Assembly: GCA_963733195.1 (NCBI GenBank)
Contig: CAVTCR010000033.1
Coordinates: 64,249 to 128,248 of the forward strand
Length of the DNA stretch: 64,000 nt
Origin: an uncultured delta proteobacterium
Lineage (GTDB): Bacteria > Desulfobacterota > Binatia > Bin18
Reading direction: 5' to 3'
In this document: positions 53,526 through 64,000 of the stretch, piece by piece
Numbering within the stretch: position 1 is the first letter of the stretch
Layout: each line of letters opens with the position of its first letter
Translations under genes and position numbers: made by a program
The notes under the pieces: generated by a model
Databases searched by the model: none
Seen by the model: only the letters and a program-made list of their open reading frames with translations
What the model was told of the DNA's origin: nothing

Positions 53526-54792
53526 CAAAGAACCATCCACGAGAATCCTTCACATTCTGGACCATAGCCTCCCCTTCACAGCGGATACGCATTTCGAAGC
53601 CATAATATTCTGAAAGCGCAGCGAAAGAGAGGATGGCAACCCATTGGCACTGACTTCTCCAAAACATGAAGAAAACTGGAGAGTCACAAGGGACAGTGGA
53701 GAAGAAATAGACGGGTTTCGTTACTACCGCACGGGTGCTGTTGCTCCTTCGCGGCTCCTTTTGCCTCCGAACTGCAGTTGATGAAGACGCTTGCGCGGCG
53801 CACTCGCGAGATCGCTACCCTGGAGAAACCAGATGTGCTCCATGCCCACTCGTCAGTGCTTAATGCTCTTCCTGCTCTTTGGGTAGGACGGAGCTTGGGG
53901 ATCCCTGTTGTGTACGAGATTCGGGCGTTCTGGGAAGACGCAGCTGCTGACCACGGGACCTATGCTCAGGGACTCGTGGAAATACAAAATGACGCGATTT
54001 CTCGAGACCCTTGCCTGTCGAAGCGCGAAAGAGGTCGTGGTTATTTGCCAAGGACTTAAGAACGATCTCTCTAGGAGAGGGATTCCTTCGCAAAAAATCT
54101 CAGTCGTCTTTAATGGTATTAACCCAGATGAATTCCAATCCTGCGACCCTGATCCTGAGTATTTCCAGAGCTGGAAGTTGAAAGGGAAGAAGGTCATAGG
54201 CTTCATCGGTTCTTTCTATCGCTACGAAGGCCTCGAACTGCTTATCGAGGTTATAACCCATCTTACGGCGAAACATCCTGATGTCGTTCTACTCTTGGTT
54301 GGAGGAGGAGAGGTCGAGCAGAAACTCAGGAAACAGGTAAGCAACCTGCAGCTCGAAGGAAAAGTTGTTATGCCAGGCAGGATTCCTCATGAGCGAATTC
54401 CCGGCGTATATGCCATGATCGATGTCCTCGTGTATCCGCGCTATTCCATGAGGCTCACGGAACTAGTGACGCCACTCAAACCACTTGAAGCAATGGCAAT
54501 GGGAAAGGTCCTTGTTGCAAGTGATATCGGTGGCCACCGAGAACTTGTTCAAGATGAACGAAATGGTTTTCTTTTTCCAGCGGGCAATGCTTCTGCGTTG
54601 ACAGAACTCTTGAATCGCCTCATCGAGAGCCCTGCTCTTTGTCGCCAGGTCGGAGCACAAGGAAAAGCTTGGGTCTCGCAGCAACATTCCTGGGATAAGA
54701 CGACATTGATTTATAATGACGTCTATGCGCGAATTCGAGATAGGTTTGACGGAGAATTAAAGAACGAAAACCAGCTCGTGTCAACGCCGTAG
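53519..54792 (+). CDS. GT4 glycosyltransferase, exosortase A system-associated (TIGR04063-like; frameshifted)
   Basis: LHILDHSLP.HSGY.FRS, YEIRAFWEDAA, GFIGSFYRYEG and RLTELVTPLKPLEAMA motifs. Confidence 0.85.
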
Positions 54793-54832
54793 AGAACATG
54801 GTGCTTGGTTATACGGTCACCATTGATGCACA

Positions 54833-55531
54833 ATGGCAATGGTAACGATGGATATTCGACAAAATACGCAACAGCTCTTGTATTGGTATCGAGGTGGTGG
54901 ATTGTCATGGGTTACCATACAATTGCTGAGGAAACTTCTCGGGCCTATTTATCGACACGAGGTACAATATATCTTGATGAAGGATCCAGATTTAAATTTT
55001 GATCCGTCTGCAGCTAACGCAGAGGTTAGGAATTGCGTTATAGAAACAGTTAATGGTCTTCAACAAATTGAAACAGAATTGCCTGCTATAATTCCGTTGG
55101 AGACTATAAGGAGGCGGCTAGAGACAGGGTGTATTGCTGTTTTCGCGTATCGAGAGAGGGCGGAAAAAGAGGAGAAAGAAATCGTGGGATACAGCATTTG
55201 TGAGCGAGGGGTCTTTTCTTCGTTAGGACGGAGGAGATCAGTTTCTTCTGAGGTTCTTTTTACCCACGACACTGTAGTATTACCTGACTATCGTGGACAA
55301 AGAATTCTCCAGTGTCTTACCGCAGCCAGGGTTGAATATGGTCAAACAAGAGGCATCAAAAGATACTATAGTGCTCTATCTCCGACTAACCGTTCTTCCT
55401 ATCGGGGGTTTATGCGTGATGGATTACGAATCGTCGGAACGGTCGAGCGAATTTCCTTCCTCGGCGGACTATTTGTGTGGGAAACCCCTTGGGAAAAGAT
55501 CGAGGCTATACTCGCAGATACTAAAAAGTAA
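54833..55531 (+). CDS. GNAT-like N-acetyltransferase
   Basis: HDTVVLPDYRGQRI (motif A) and NRSSYRGF. Confidence 0.7.
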   Translation: MAMVTMDIRQNTQQLLYWYRGGGLSWVTIQLLRKLLGPIYRHEVQYILMKDPDLNFDPSAANAEVRNCVIETVNGLQQIETELPAIIPLETIRRRLETGCIAVFAYRERAEKEEKEIVGYSICERGVFSSLGRRRSVSSEVLFTHDTVVLPDYRGQRILQCLTAARVEYGQTRGIKRYYSALSPTNRSSYRGFMRDGLRIVGTVERISFLGGLFVWETPWEKIEAILADTKK

Positions 55532-55590
55532 TGATCGATTGGGAACACAATTGCGGGCATAGAGCTATTGAGCCTGGGAGAATAATTTAA

Positions 55591-57480
55591 GTGAGTGGTA
55601 TCTGTGGAATCGTCTTTAATGATCGAGATACGAAGGTGAACCTGAGTTCTCTACATCCTATGGTGAGAGCGCTCAGCATGTCTAGGCAGGAATCTGATTC
55701 CATCGTCGTCGAGGGTCCTGTTGGCATGGGTGCGCAAGAGTTTCCTGGACGGTTGTCCGGGGTAGTCAAAATCAACATCCATGACCGGCCCGTCGCCCTC
55801 GCTTTTCACGGGAGTCTCTATAATCGCACCGAGTTGATTACCGCCGAGGAAAAATCTTCATCTTTGTTTGAACGGTTGCTGTTTTTGTATGTGAATGAAG
55901 GAGTTTCGATCTTCCAGAAACTGCGAGGGGAGTTTGCCTTGGCGCTTTGGGATGGTCGGCACGAGACCTTTTATCTTGCTTCGGATCGGTTTCGGGTTCA
56001 TCCCCTTTTTTATTATCAGGATGAAGCAAAGTTGCTGTTTGCTTCGCGTGTGAAGAGTCTTCTCGATTGCCCGGTCGGAATGAAGACAACGATTAGTCCT
56101 GAAGCCATTGTTGACGTTGTGATGTCTTCGGCTATTCCAACGCCGCGAACGATTTTCCGGGAAGTGAAGAAACTTCCACCTGGGCACGTTTTGACGTATC
56201 ACAATAACGTAATTGAGGTGCTACCATATTGGGAAATTAATTTTCTTCAACCAAGTAATAAAGGAGAGGGAGAACTTGCTCAGCAGTTGAGAAACAAATT
56301 TGAAGAAGCTGTTTCGGTGCGCCTCCAAGGCGAAGGACCTTCACCAAAAGTGGGAACGTTCCTGAGCGGTGGAGTAGATAGTAGCACAGTTACTGGAGTC
56401 TTGACGAGATTAACCAAACAACCTGTCAAGAGTTTCACTATCGGTTTTGGCGAACCTCGTTTTAACGAAGTGAGCTACGCGCGTATCGCAGCTCAAGCCT
56501 TCGGAGCTGAACATCACGAATATTTTGTCACGCCTCAAGACGCCTACGAGGCAATTCCTATTTTGCTAGAAACGTTTGACGAGCCGTTCGCGAACGCCTC
56601 TGCGATTCCAACGTAGTTTTGTGCGAAACTTGCTCATGAACACGGAGTAGATACGCTGTACGCTGGAGACGGGGGGGATGAACTGTTCGCCGGAAATGAT
56701 CGCTATGCTGCCCAGCGGGTGTTTGAGTACTATGCCAATGTCCCCCGTTGGCTTCGTGAATCCCTCGTCAAGCCCGTGACTTTTGCTTTAGCCGAAAATC
56801 TACCCTTGTATCTCTTCGTTAAAGGCAAGAAGTATATTGAACGAGCGAGCATCCCATATCCTGAACGACTATGGTCATATAGTACCAATATTCTTCTGCT
56901 GGCAAACTTGCTTACCGATGATCTTGTTGAGAGTGTGGGGAAAAATTATGAGCCGCACGCGACAACCCGGATGTATTACTTGCAAGCGCCGGCCAAAACT
57001 GAATTAGACCGTCAACTTTACATTGATCTCAAGCGTGCGATTTCAGATAATGACCTTTTCAAAGTGACGCGGATGACAGAGGCAGCGGGGGTAAACGTGC
57101 GTTATCCCTTTCTCGATTCTCACCTTGTCGAGTTTGCGATGACTGTACCCGCACGCATGAAAATGCGAGGACTTCGGCTGAGAACGTTTTTCAAGAAGGC
57201 CTATGCTGACCTGCTTCCGTTGGAAGTACGCACCAAGACGAAGCATGGCTTTGGTCTACCGATTCCGGTGTGGCTGCGAACAGACAAACCGCTGAACGAC
57301 CTCATGCATGATCTCGTCCTCAGTCCCCAAAGTATTCAGCGAGGGTATTTCCGTAAAGACGCTCTAGAAACCCTAGTTGAGCATCATAGGACAGATGAGA
57401 CCTCTTTTTACGGAACTGTATTGTGGCACTTTATGATCTTAGAACTATGGCACCGAAAATATATAGGGAATGGGAATTAA
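55591..57480 (+). CDS. Asparagine synthase-related protein (in-frame TAG at 56614)
   Basis: MSGICG, LRGEFALALWD, LSGGVDSS, DEPFANASAIPT*FC, GDGGDELF and YPFLD motifs. Confidence 0.82.
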
Positions 57481-57483
57481 CAC

Positions 57484-58515
57484 ATGTTGCGGATTGAGGT
57501 GGTTACATCCGAAGCCGGATTTGATGAGAGCCCTTATGCGAGGGCAGTTGCGCAGCAGTTTCAGGCCAACGCCTATGAGAAAACAGTGGAGGCTCATGCG
57601 GCGAAGATTCTTGAAACCCTAGCATGGCACTTTGACGAACCCTTTGCTGACTCCTCAATGGTGCCAACGTACTATGTCTCACAAGTCGCTCGAGAACGGG
57701 TGACTGTGTGTCTCTCCGGTGATGGAGGGGATGAGAACTTTGCTGGGTATCGACGGTATCGGTTTGACGTGTTTGAGAATGCCGTCCGGAAGGTGTTGCC
57801 GCAGTCCTTGCGAGGGCCGCTCTTCGGCGCCCTTGGGTGTCTTTATCCCAAAGCGGATTGGCTCCCACGGATCTTTCGGGGCAAAACGCTTCTCACGAAT
57901 CTCTCTCTTGCCCCTGAGCGAGCGTATTTCCAGACGATGAGTTGGTTCACGCCGGCAATGAAACGCCTGCTCTACAGAGATTCATTGCGGACGGCCCTGA
58001 GTGGGTATGATTCCTTCACTGTCATGCAACAGTATTTCGACCGTACGCGAGGCTGGGAACCGCTCTCGCGCATTCAATATGTCGACATCAAGACCTATCT
58101 CGTTGATGATATTCTGACCAAGGTTGATCGGGCCAGCATGGCGCATTCACTCGAAGTGAGAGTCCGCTCTTGGACCACGAATTCATGGAATACGTGGCGC
58201 GTATCCTTGCCGGTTATAAACTGCATGCTGGCGAGGGGAAGTACATCTTAAGAAGGCGTTGGCAGGACTCTTCCTAAAGGGATCATGACGAGGCCAAAGA
58301 TGGGTTTTTCGATCCCTCTATCACATTGGTTTCGTGATGGCTTGAAAACCGTATTTATGAAAGAGTGTTATCCGAGTGAGCGTTCGTGGCCGACTTGTTT
58401 GACCTTGTCCAGGTCCGCCAGTGGTGGGCACAGCACAACGCGGAACGAGGGATTATGCTCCGATGCTGTCGTCGCTTCGGTCCTTGAGCATTGGGGAAGG
58501 AGGTTGTGCAGTGAG
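57484..58515 (+). pseudogene. Duplicated C-terminal half of the 46766 amidotransferase fused to a foreign 9-aa N-terminus
   Basis: From 57511 the sequence closely parallels 47639..~48640 with scattered substitutions. Confidence 0.8.
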
Positions 58516-58583
58516 GATCCTAAACTTTTTTTCGTTTCAGGCTGGAGAAGAAATATCTTCGATTATTGCGACGCAATGGCAAA

Positions 58584-59130
58584 TGTCTGTCGCAAAACGT
58601 TATGGTCGGAAGTCTGGCTGGCTCCGCCATCACGTATTCCTGTTTATTTACCTTTTTCGGCAGATACGGACAGTTTGCGCATATCAAATGGGGGCAAGTG
58701 AAGCGGTTGGTTTTTGTATGCAAAGGCAACATTTGCCGCAAGCCCTTATGGCGAAGCCCGAGCACGCGAATTCGGAGTCACTACTGTTTCCTGTGGGCTG
58801 CAAGCCGATAGTGGGAGTCCTGTCGATTCGACTGCTCTTGTAGTGAGTTACCAGCGTGCTCTTGATTAGAGCTTCATCGTTCCCGTGCATTAGCCGACAT
58901 TCCGGTCTGTTCTGGAGACCTCTTTGTTGCAATGGAACCGTGGCAGGGGAGACAATTGCAGCGTCTTCAAGAGGGTGCTGATGTTCAGATAACGTTACCT
59001 GGGGTTGTGGCAGCCGACCACGCCCACATATCGAAGACCCGTACGGACTAGGTTCTGAGTATTTTGAGACCTGCTTTACAATCATAGATGATGCAATTCA
59101 GAACATGACCGCGAATATGAAGGGTACCCA
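58584..59130 (+). CDS. Low-molecular-weight protein tyrosine phosphatase-like protein (fragmented; ends approximate)
   Basis: LVFVCKGNICR P-loop and HIEDPYG motif. Confidence 0.72.
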
Positions 59131-60343
59131 TGCCCAGTATGGGGTCGACTTGACGCCCCATCATGCGTACCCAGTTTACCAGTGCTTATGTTCGAATCTC
59201 ATGCGATGGGATCGATCGCTGTCATTCGCTCATTGGGACGTGGGGGCTACCCTGTTCATGCCTGTGCTCGTTTTCAAGACGCTTTGGGTTTTCTTTCCAA
59301 CCTATGTCCATAATCGAGTCATCTGTCCATCTTACGAAACAGACGAATTTATTCCGTGGTTACGGCAATACGTTGAACATCATAACATTCAGGCAATTAT
59401 TCCATCAGAAGGATTTCTCCTTGCCGTGCGGCCTTATTTTTATTTGCACATTTGCTCCCCTTCTCTGAGCAAGAAAATATTCTCTATAGTGGAATGAGCA
59501 AGTTTGATCTGTTTGCCTCCTTCCTGGAGAATTGCAGTAGTCTTGATACGAAAGCCCATCTTCCTCCAACCTTATTAGTGGCAGATATGGCTGATATTCC
59601 TAGTAGTGATAAACTGGAGAAGTTAGGGGAGCCCCTCTATATTAAGGTGGACGGTTGCTACAGCTCTACAGGGGAAAGCAGCTCTGTATACAAGGTCGCT
59701 TCTGCCGTGGCGGCGTACAAAAAGCTACAACAACTCGCGTCGCGGTTTCGGAAAGCGCTTGTTCAGGGATACGTGCCAGGCCAGGGTGTTGGTGCTTTTT
59801 TCTTGCTTTGGAAGGGGCAGCTCCTTGCCCAGTTTATGCATCGCCGCCTGCATGAGGTGCCTTATACTGGGGAGTATCTTCGTTCAGGGAAAGTTGGTGG
59901 CATGCCGCTATTCGTAGCGATGCCCTGACGAAACTGCAGGTTCTTGGCTGGCATGGTGTTGCCATGATGGAATATCGTTGGGATCAAGGACGGCACCGAT
60001 TTACCTTATGGAGATGAACGGTCGATTTTGGGGTTCCCTCCACTTGGCTCTTTATGCTGGGTCGATTTTCCCTTGCTCTTGTTAGATGCCTTTCATGGCC
60101 GTCTCCCATTCCCTGTTGAACAATTCGTACATGGTGTGCGCTGTCGTCTTACTTTTCCCCGAAAAGATAGAATACGTGTGGTCTCGACTGAAAGACTCTC
60201 AACTTTCCTTGCGCTTCGTCTTTCTCGTCGATAGTAGAATTTTTTCAGTTGTCGGTAGATCCACGAATTTATAGTGATCTGCTCTTCCCTGGATATATAA
60301 GCTTTATTGGGAAAGTATCAAACGCTTCATACGGAATCCGTAG
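59130..60343 (+). CDS. ATP-grasp (carboxylate-amine ligase-like) protein (fragmented; ends approximate)
   Basis: IIPSEGF, PLYIK, LVQGYVPGQG, HRRLHEVP, GWHGVAMMEY and EMNGRFWGSL motifs. Confidence 0.72.
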
Positions 60344-60428
60344 GCGAGATCGTCTTCCGTCTCTTTCCTAGCATGATAATTACCAGAAGATATGAATATC
60401 GATTGTCCGATATGGCGGGGTTCAGCTT

Positions 60429-61495
60429 ATGGATGTAAATCGGAAACGCCTTAAACAGGGTTTGCTGTATTGTAGTAAGTGGATTGGCTTGCTGAGCCTA
60501 GCAAGAGATCTCACTCGAGGAGGATTGCGCATTCTCTGTTATCACGGGATATGTCTTGAAGACGAAAGCGACTTTCGTCCCAAACTCTTTATTAACCGAG
60601 AGACGCTCCTGCGGCGGTTGGAATACCTCCACGCCTCTGCTTATCCCGTGTTAACGCTGGAAGAGGCCCTGCAACGCTTGGCTCGCGGCGGGTTACCTGA
60701 TTCTGCGACTGTCATTACCATTGATGACGGGTTTTACAGTACATTCAACTCCACTTTTTCCTTGCTTCGTAAGTTTTCGTTTCCAGCCACTGTGTATGTG
60801 ACGAGTTATTATTTGACGAAAGAAAATCCGATTTTCCGACTCGTTGTTCAGTATATGTTTTGGAAAACGAAGAAGGATGTCCTTCAATTGTCGGATTTGC
60901 TGCCCTTTATAGAGGACAAGATTTTCTTAAGGAGATTCTCAAGAAAAAGACCAGGGAATGTGGAAGATCATCCAGTACGGGGAAGAAGAGTGTAGTGAGG
61001 AACAACGTGTTGAGATCGCGAGACTTTTAGGGATGCGGCTAGAAGTAGATTTTGAACATATTAGACGGTCGCGTATTTTTGACATTATGAATAGTAGAGA
61101 AATACAAGATGCGGCAGCGCAAGGTATTGATATTCAGTTGCATACTCATCGACACTGCTTACCCCAGAATGAGATGCAATCGAAAAGAGAGATTGTTGAA
61201 AACAAAGCTGTTCTCGAACCCTTGATTCGGAAAGACGCTTGAGCACTTCTGTTATCCAAGCGGAATTTGGGAGCGATCACACTGGCCGTGGTTAGCGGCA
61301 GTTGGAGTCAAAAGTGCAACAACCTGTGACATCGGACTCAATTACCCCGGAACCCCACAACTTGGGTTGAAGAGAATTCTTGATGGAGAAAATGTCTCCC
61401 AGATCGAGTTCGAAGCAGATATGACAGGTTACGGGGATTTTATTCGCTGGGTGCGGTTGGCTATGCAGCGTTTGTTCGCTCCACAGACTCGCTAA
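60429..61495 (+). CDS. Polysaccharide deacetylase (frameshifted)
   Basis: RILCYHG, ITIDDGF, PATVYVT, IQLHTHRH and HFCYPSG motifs. Confidence 0.82.
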
Positions 61496-61572
61496 CATAC
61501 CCTTAAGTCTTGGGAGAACATTCCGCCGTCCCCAGTCCCAGAGCAATACCCTAGAGGAACGAAGTGAAGCAA

Positions 61573-62428
61573 ATGCCAAGCATTCTAGAAGAGATATGTG
61601 GGGGCTTTTTGACCCGTGCCGGAATGGAGCAACCTTTCAGAATTTTGGTCAGGGCGTTGTTGAAGCGATTAAGTGTTTCAGTAAAAACGCGGGCGCTGTG
61701 GTAGCTCTCAAATAAGCCGGAGTATCTCTTGGGAGTGCTAACTGCGGCAGAGCAAGCCTGTAAGCAGAAAGTCTCAGAAATTTCTGTTGTCGAATTTGGT
61801 GTTGCTGGTGGCAAAGGGTTGATAACGCTTCAGGAGGAAGCCGATGCAGTAGAGCGGGAGACCGGTATCCGAATTAAGGTCTATGAGTTTGACGCTGGAG
61901 CCCAGGGACTTCCAGAGTTCATAGGGGATTACCGTGATCATCCGGACGCGTGGCAACCAGGCGATTATCCTATGGACGAAGTCGTATTACGTTCCCGTCT
62001 CGCAAAACGAACCACGCTCATTCTCGGCAACGTGAAAGACACAGCCCCGAGATTTTTTGACGATTTTCAACCTCCGCCTATTGGGTTTGTGTCCTTCGAT
62101 ATGGATTTGTATTCGTCTACCCGAGATGCACTTCTGATCTTTACGCACCCTAATAAAAGAATGCTCTGGCATGTGCCTCTTTACTTTGATGATGTCGACT
62201 TCTTGTTCAACCATAAATTTGCTGGAGAGCTACTTGCAATCGACAAATTCAATGAGGAAGAATCTCACCGTGAAGATTGATCGATGGCATGGAGTGAAAG
62301 GAGGGCGACCTTTCCCTGAAAGAGGGTTTCTTAAAAAACTCTATGTGGCTCACGATATCGAAGCGGTATCAAAGGTTGTTCTCCAGCGAGAGGTCGCAAC
62401 TTACCCACTCGAAGCAACAGCTAGGTAG
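61573..62428 (+). CDS. Putative methyltransferase-like protein (TylF-like); in-frame TAG at 61702 and a frameshift
   Basis: VVEFGVAGGKG, GNVKDT, FVSFDMDLYSST, YFDD and GELLAI motifs. Confidence 0.65.
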
Positions 62429-62480
62429 GAGCAAAGCCCTGTTAGAGAAAATCCCGTTCAGTAGCGATAGTCACCTCAAT

Positions 62481-63758
62481 ATGAAAATTCTTGTTTTCAC
62501 CTCCCTGTATCCTAATAATGTCTGGCCTCATCATGGAGTTTTTGTAAAAGAACGCATGACTCAGTTTGCCCGGTTGCCGGGATGTCAAATAAAAGTTGTT
62601 GCGCCAGTTCCCTATTTTCCTCCGGTCAAAATTTCGTCACGGTGGCTCTTTTCCCAGGTGGCACGTCAGGAAACTATTGAAGGAATGGAGGTCCATCATC
62701 CTCGATACTTCATGACCCCTAAAATTGGCATGGCCTGCTATGGAATGATGATGTTCCTCTCTGTACTACCAGCGGTAAGACGTATTTAACGGAGCTTCGA
62801 CTGTGACTTGATTGATGCACATTATGTGTACCCTGATGGATTTGCGGCTATCCTACTTGGCCAGTTTCTCAAAAGGCCGGTTGTGGTTTCTGCGAGAGGG
62901 AGTGATGTTAATCGTTTCAAGGATTTTCCTCTGATTCGTCGCTTGCTATGCTACACCCTTAACAAGGCTGATGGTGTCATTGCCGTGTCTCAAGCGCTCA
63001 AAGAGGCAATGACGTGGCTTCCCGTTCCTGAGGACAAAATTACGGTTATTGGTAATGGGGTCGATCAGAAGAAATTCTTTCCTTGTTCTCAGGCTGAGGC
63101 TCGCACAAAATTAGGCCTTACAAGTAAGAAGATCATTCTCTCAGTAGGCCATCTGACTGCTAATAAAGGCTTTGATCTCCTTGTGAAGGCAGTGTCTCAG
63201 CTCCTGACCGAAGGCAAAAAGGGAGAGACCTCTCTAGTGATTGTCGGAGCGGGGACGTTTCGCAAGGACCTGGAGCAGTTAATTACTAGGCTGCAGATCC
63301 GTGATTATGTGCAGTTGGTGGGAGACGTTCCTCACCACGAGTTGTGCGATTGGTATAATGCAGCGGATCTTTTTTGTTTAGCGAGTGAACGGGAGGGATG
63401 GCCTAATGTTATCCTAGAGTCGCTTGCGTGTGGAACTCCGGTGGTTGCTACTGCAGTCGGTGGGATTCCTGAGATCATTCGCTCTGATACAGTTGGGATG
63501 TTAACGGAGCGCAACGAACAGGCGATCGCAGCGACAATTTCAAACGCCTTCCAGCGGTCCTGGAACCGAGACGCCATCGTGGCATACACCTGGAAACATA
63601 GCTGGGACCAGGTCGCATATGCGGTCCAGCAGATGTTTGTAAAAGTTATAACGCGAACGACCGATAGAGGTTGGCGACCGGCGATTACGGAGTCGATGCC
63701 CACGCCAGCCGGTGGTGAGATAAACAAAAAGCCTGATCTTCGGCGAAATGCACAGTAA
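62481..63758 (+). CDS. GT4 glycosyltransferase (TuaC-like; in-frame TAA at 62787), paralogue of 52290
   Basis: MKILVFTSLYPN, HYVYPDGFA and REGWPNVILESLACG motifs. Confidence 0.85.
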
Positions 63759-63763
63759 TCTTT

Positions 63764-64000
63764 ATGGCTCTTTCCTCACTCAAGGTTCTTCACATCCTCG
63801 ACCACAGTCTCCCTCTCCATAGTGGCTACACCTTTCGTAGCCACAATATTCTCCAAGCCCAGCGAAAGAGGGGATGGCAGCCCATCGCACTGACTTCACC
63901 GAAACATGAAGAGAACTGGAAGAACGGCACTGCGAAGCAAGAGGAAATTAATGGCTTTTGCTACTATCGTACTGGAGTGCAACGACGAAGAAATGTCCCT
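63764..64000 (+). CDS. TIGR04063-like glycosyltransferase (partial), paralogue of 53519
   Basis: MALSSLKVLHILDHSLPLHSGYTFRS...LTSPKH; runs off the window end. Confidence 0.85.
   Translation, partial: MALSSLKVLHILDHSLPLHSGYTFRSHNILQAQRKRGWQPIALTSPKHEENWKNGTAKQEEINGFCYYRTGVQRRRNVP

Noticed and set aside
56614-62789. Stop-codon recoding or pyrrolysine at in-frame TAG (56614, 61702) and TAA (62787)
   Set aside because: Mixed stop types, at least two one substitution from the expected residue (Tyr, Gln), in an error-rich region; TAG terminates normal genes elsewhere in the window.

Overview
Bacterial chromosomal window (~50-55% GC). Gene content and heptamer-type intergenic palindromes suggest a Candidatus Binatia-like 'deltaproteobacterium'; this is inference only. 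1-28.8 kb holds mostly catabolic and housekeeping genes: SDRs, acyl-CoA dehydrogenase, CoA-transferase, LLM monooxygenases, hydrolases, L,D-transpeptidases, M15 peptidase, murI, secA and argJ. 29.4-64 kb is one large + strand exopolysaccharide locus of PEP-CTERM/XrtA type. It carries ExeA-like ATPase, outer-membrane barrel, Wza, Wzc, kinase, priming transferase, dehydrogenase, deacetylases, WecB, FemAB/GNATs, GT4s, several AsnB-like amidotransferases and ATP-grasp enzymes. The locus contains duplicated sub-modules and no exosortase gene within this window. Main items not explained by the ORF track: (1) a ~210-280 nt multi-branch structured element at 14.46-14.75 kb with twin GTTCTAC hairpins (candidate novel ncRNA); (2) a missed Rdx/SelW selenoprotein (CAAU plus SECIS-like hairpin) at 10038-10274; (3) a SecA with a ~293-aa Tyr-heptad helical insertion; (4) a ~1 kb amidotransferase duplication joined at a microhomology. 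Many genes in the right half carry indels or stops, probably long-read errors, so their boundaries are approximate.
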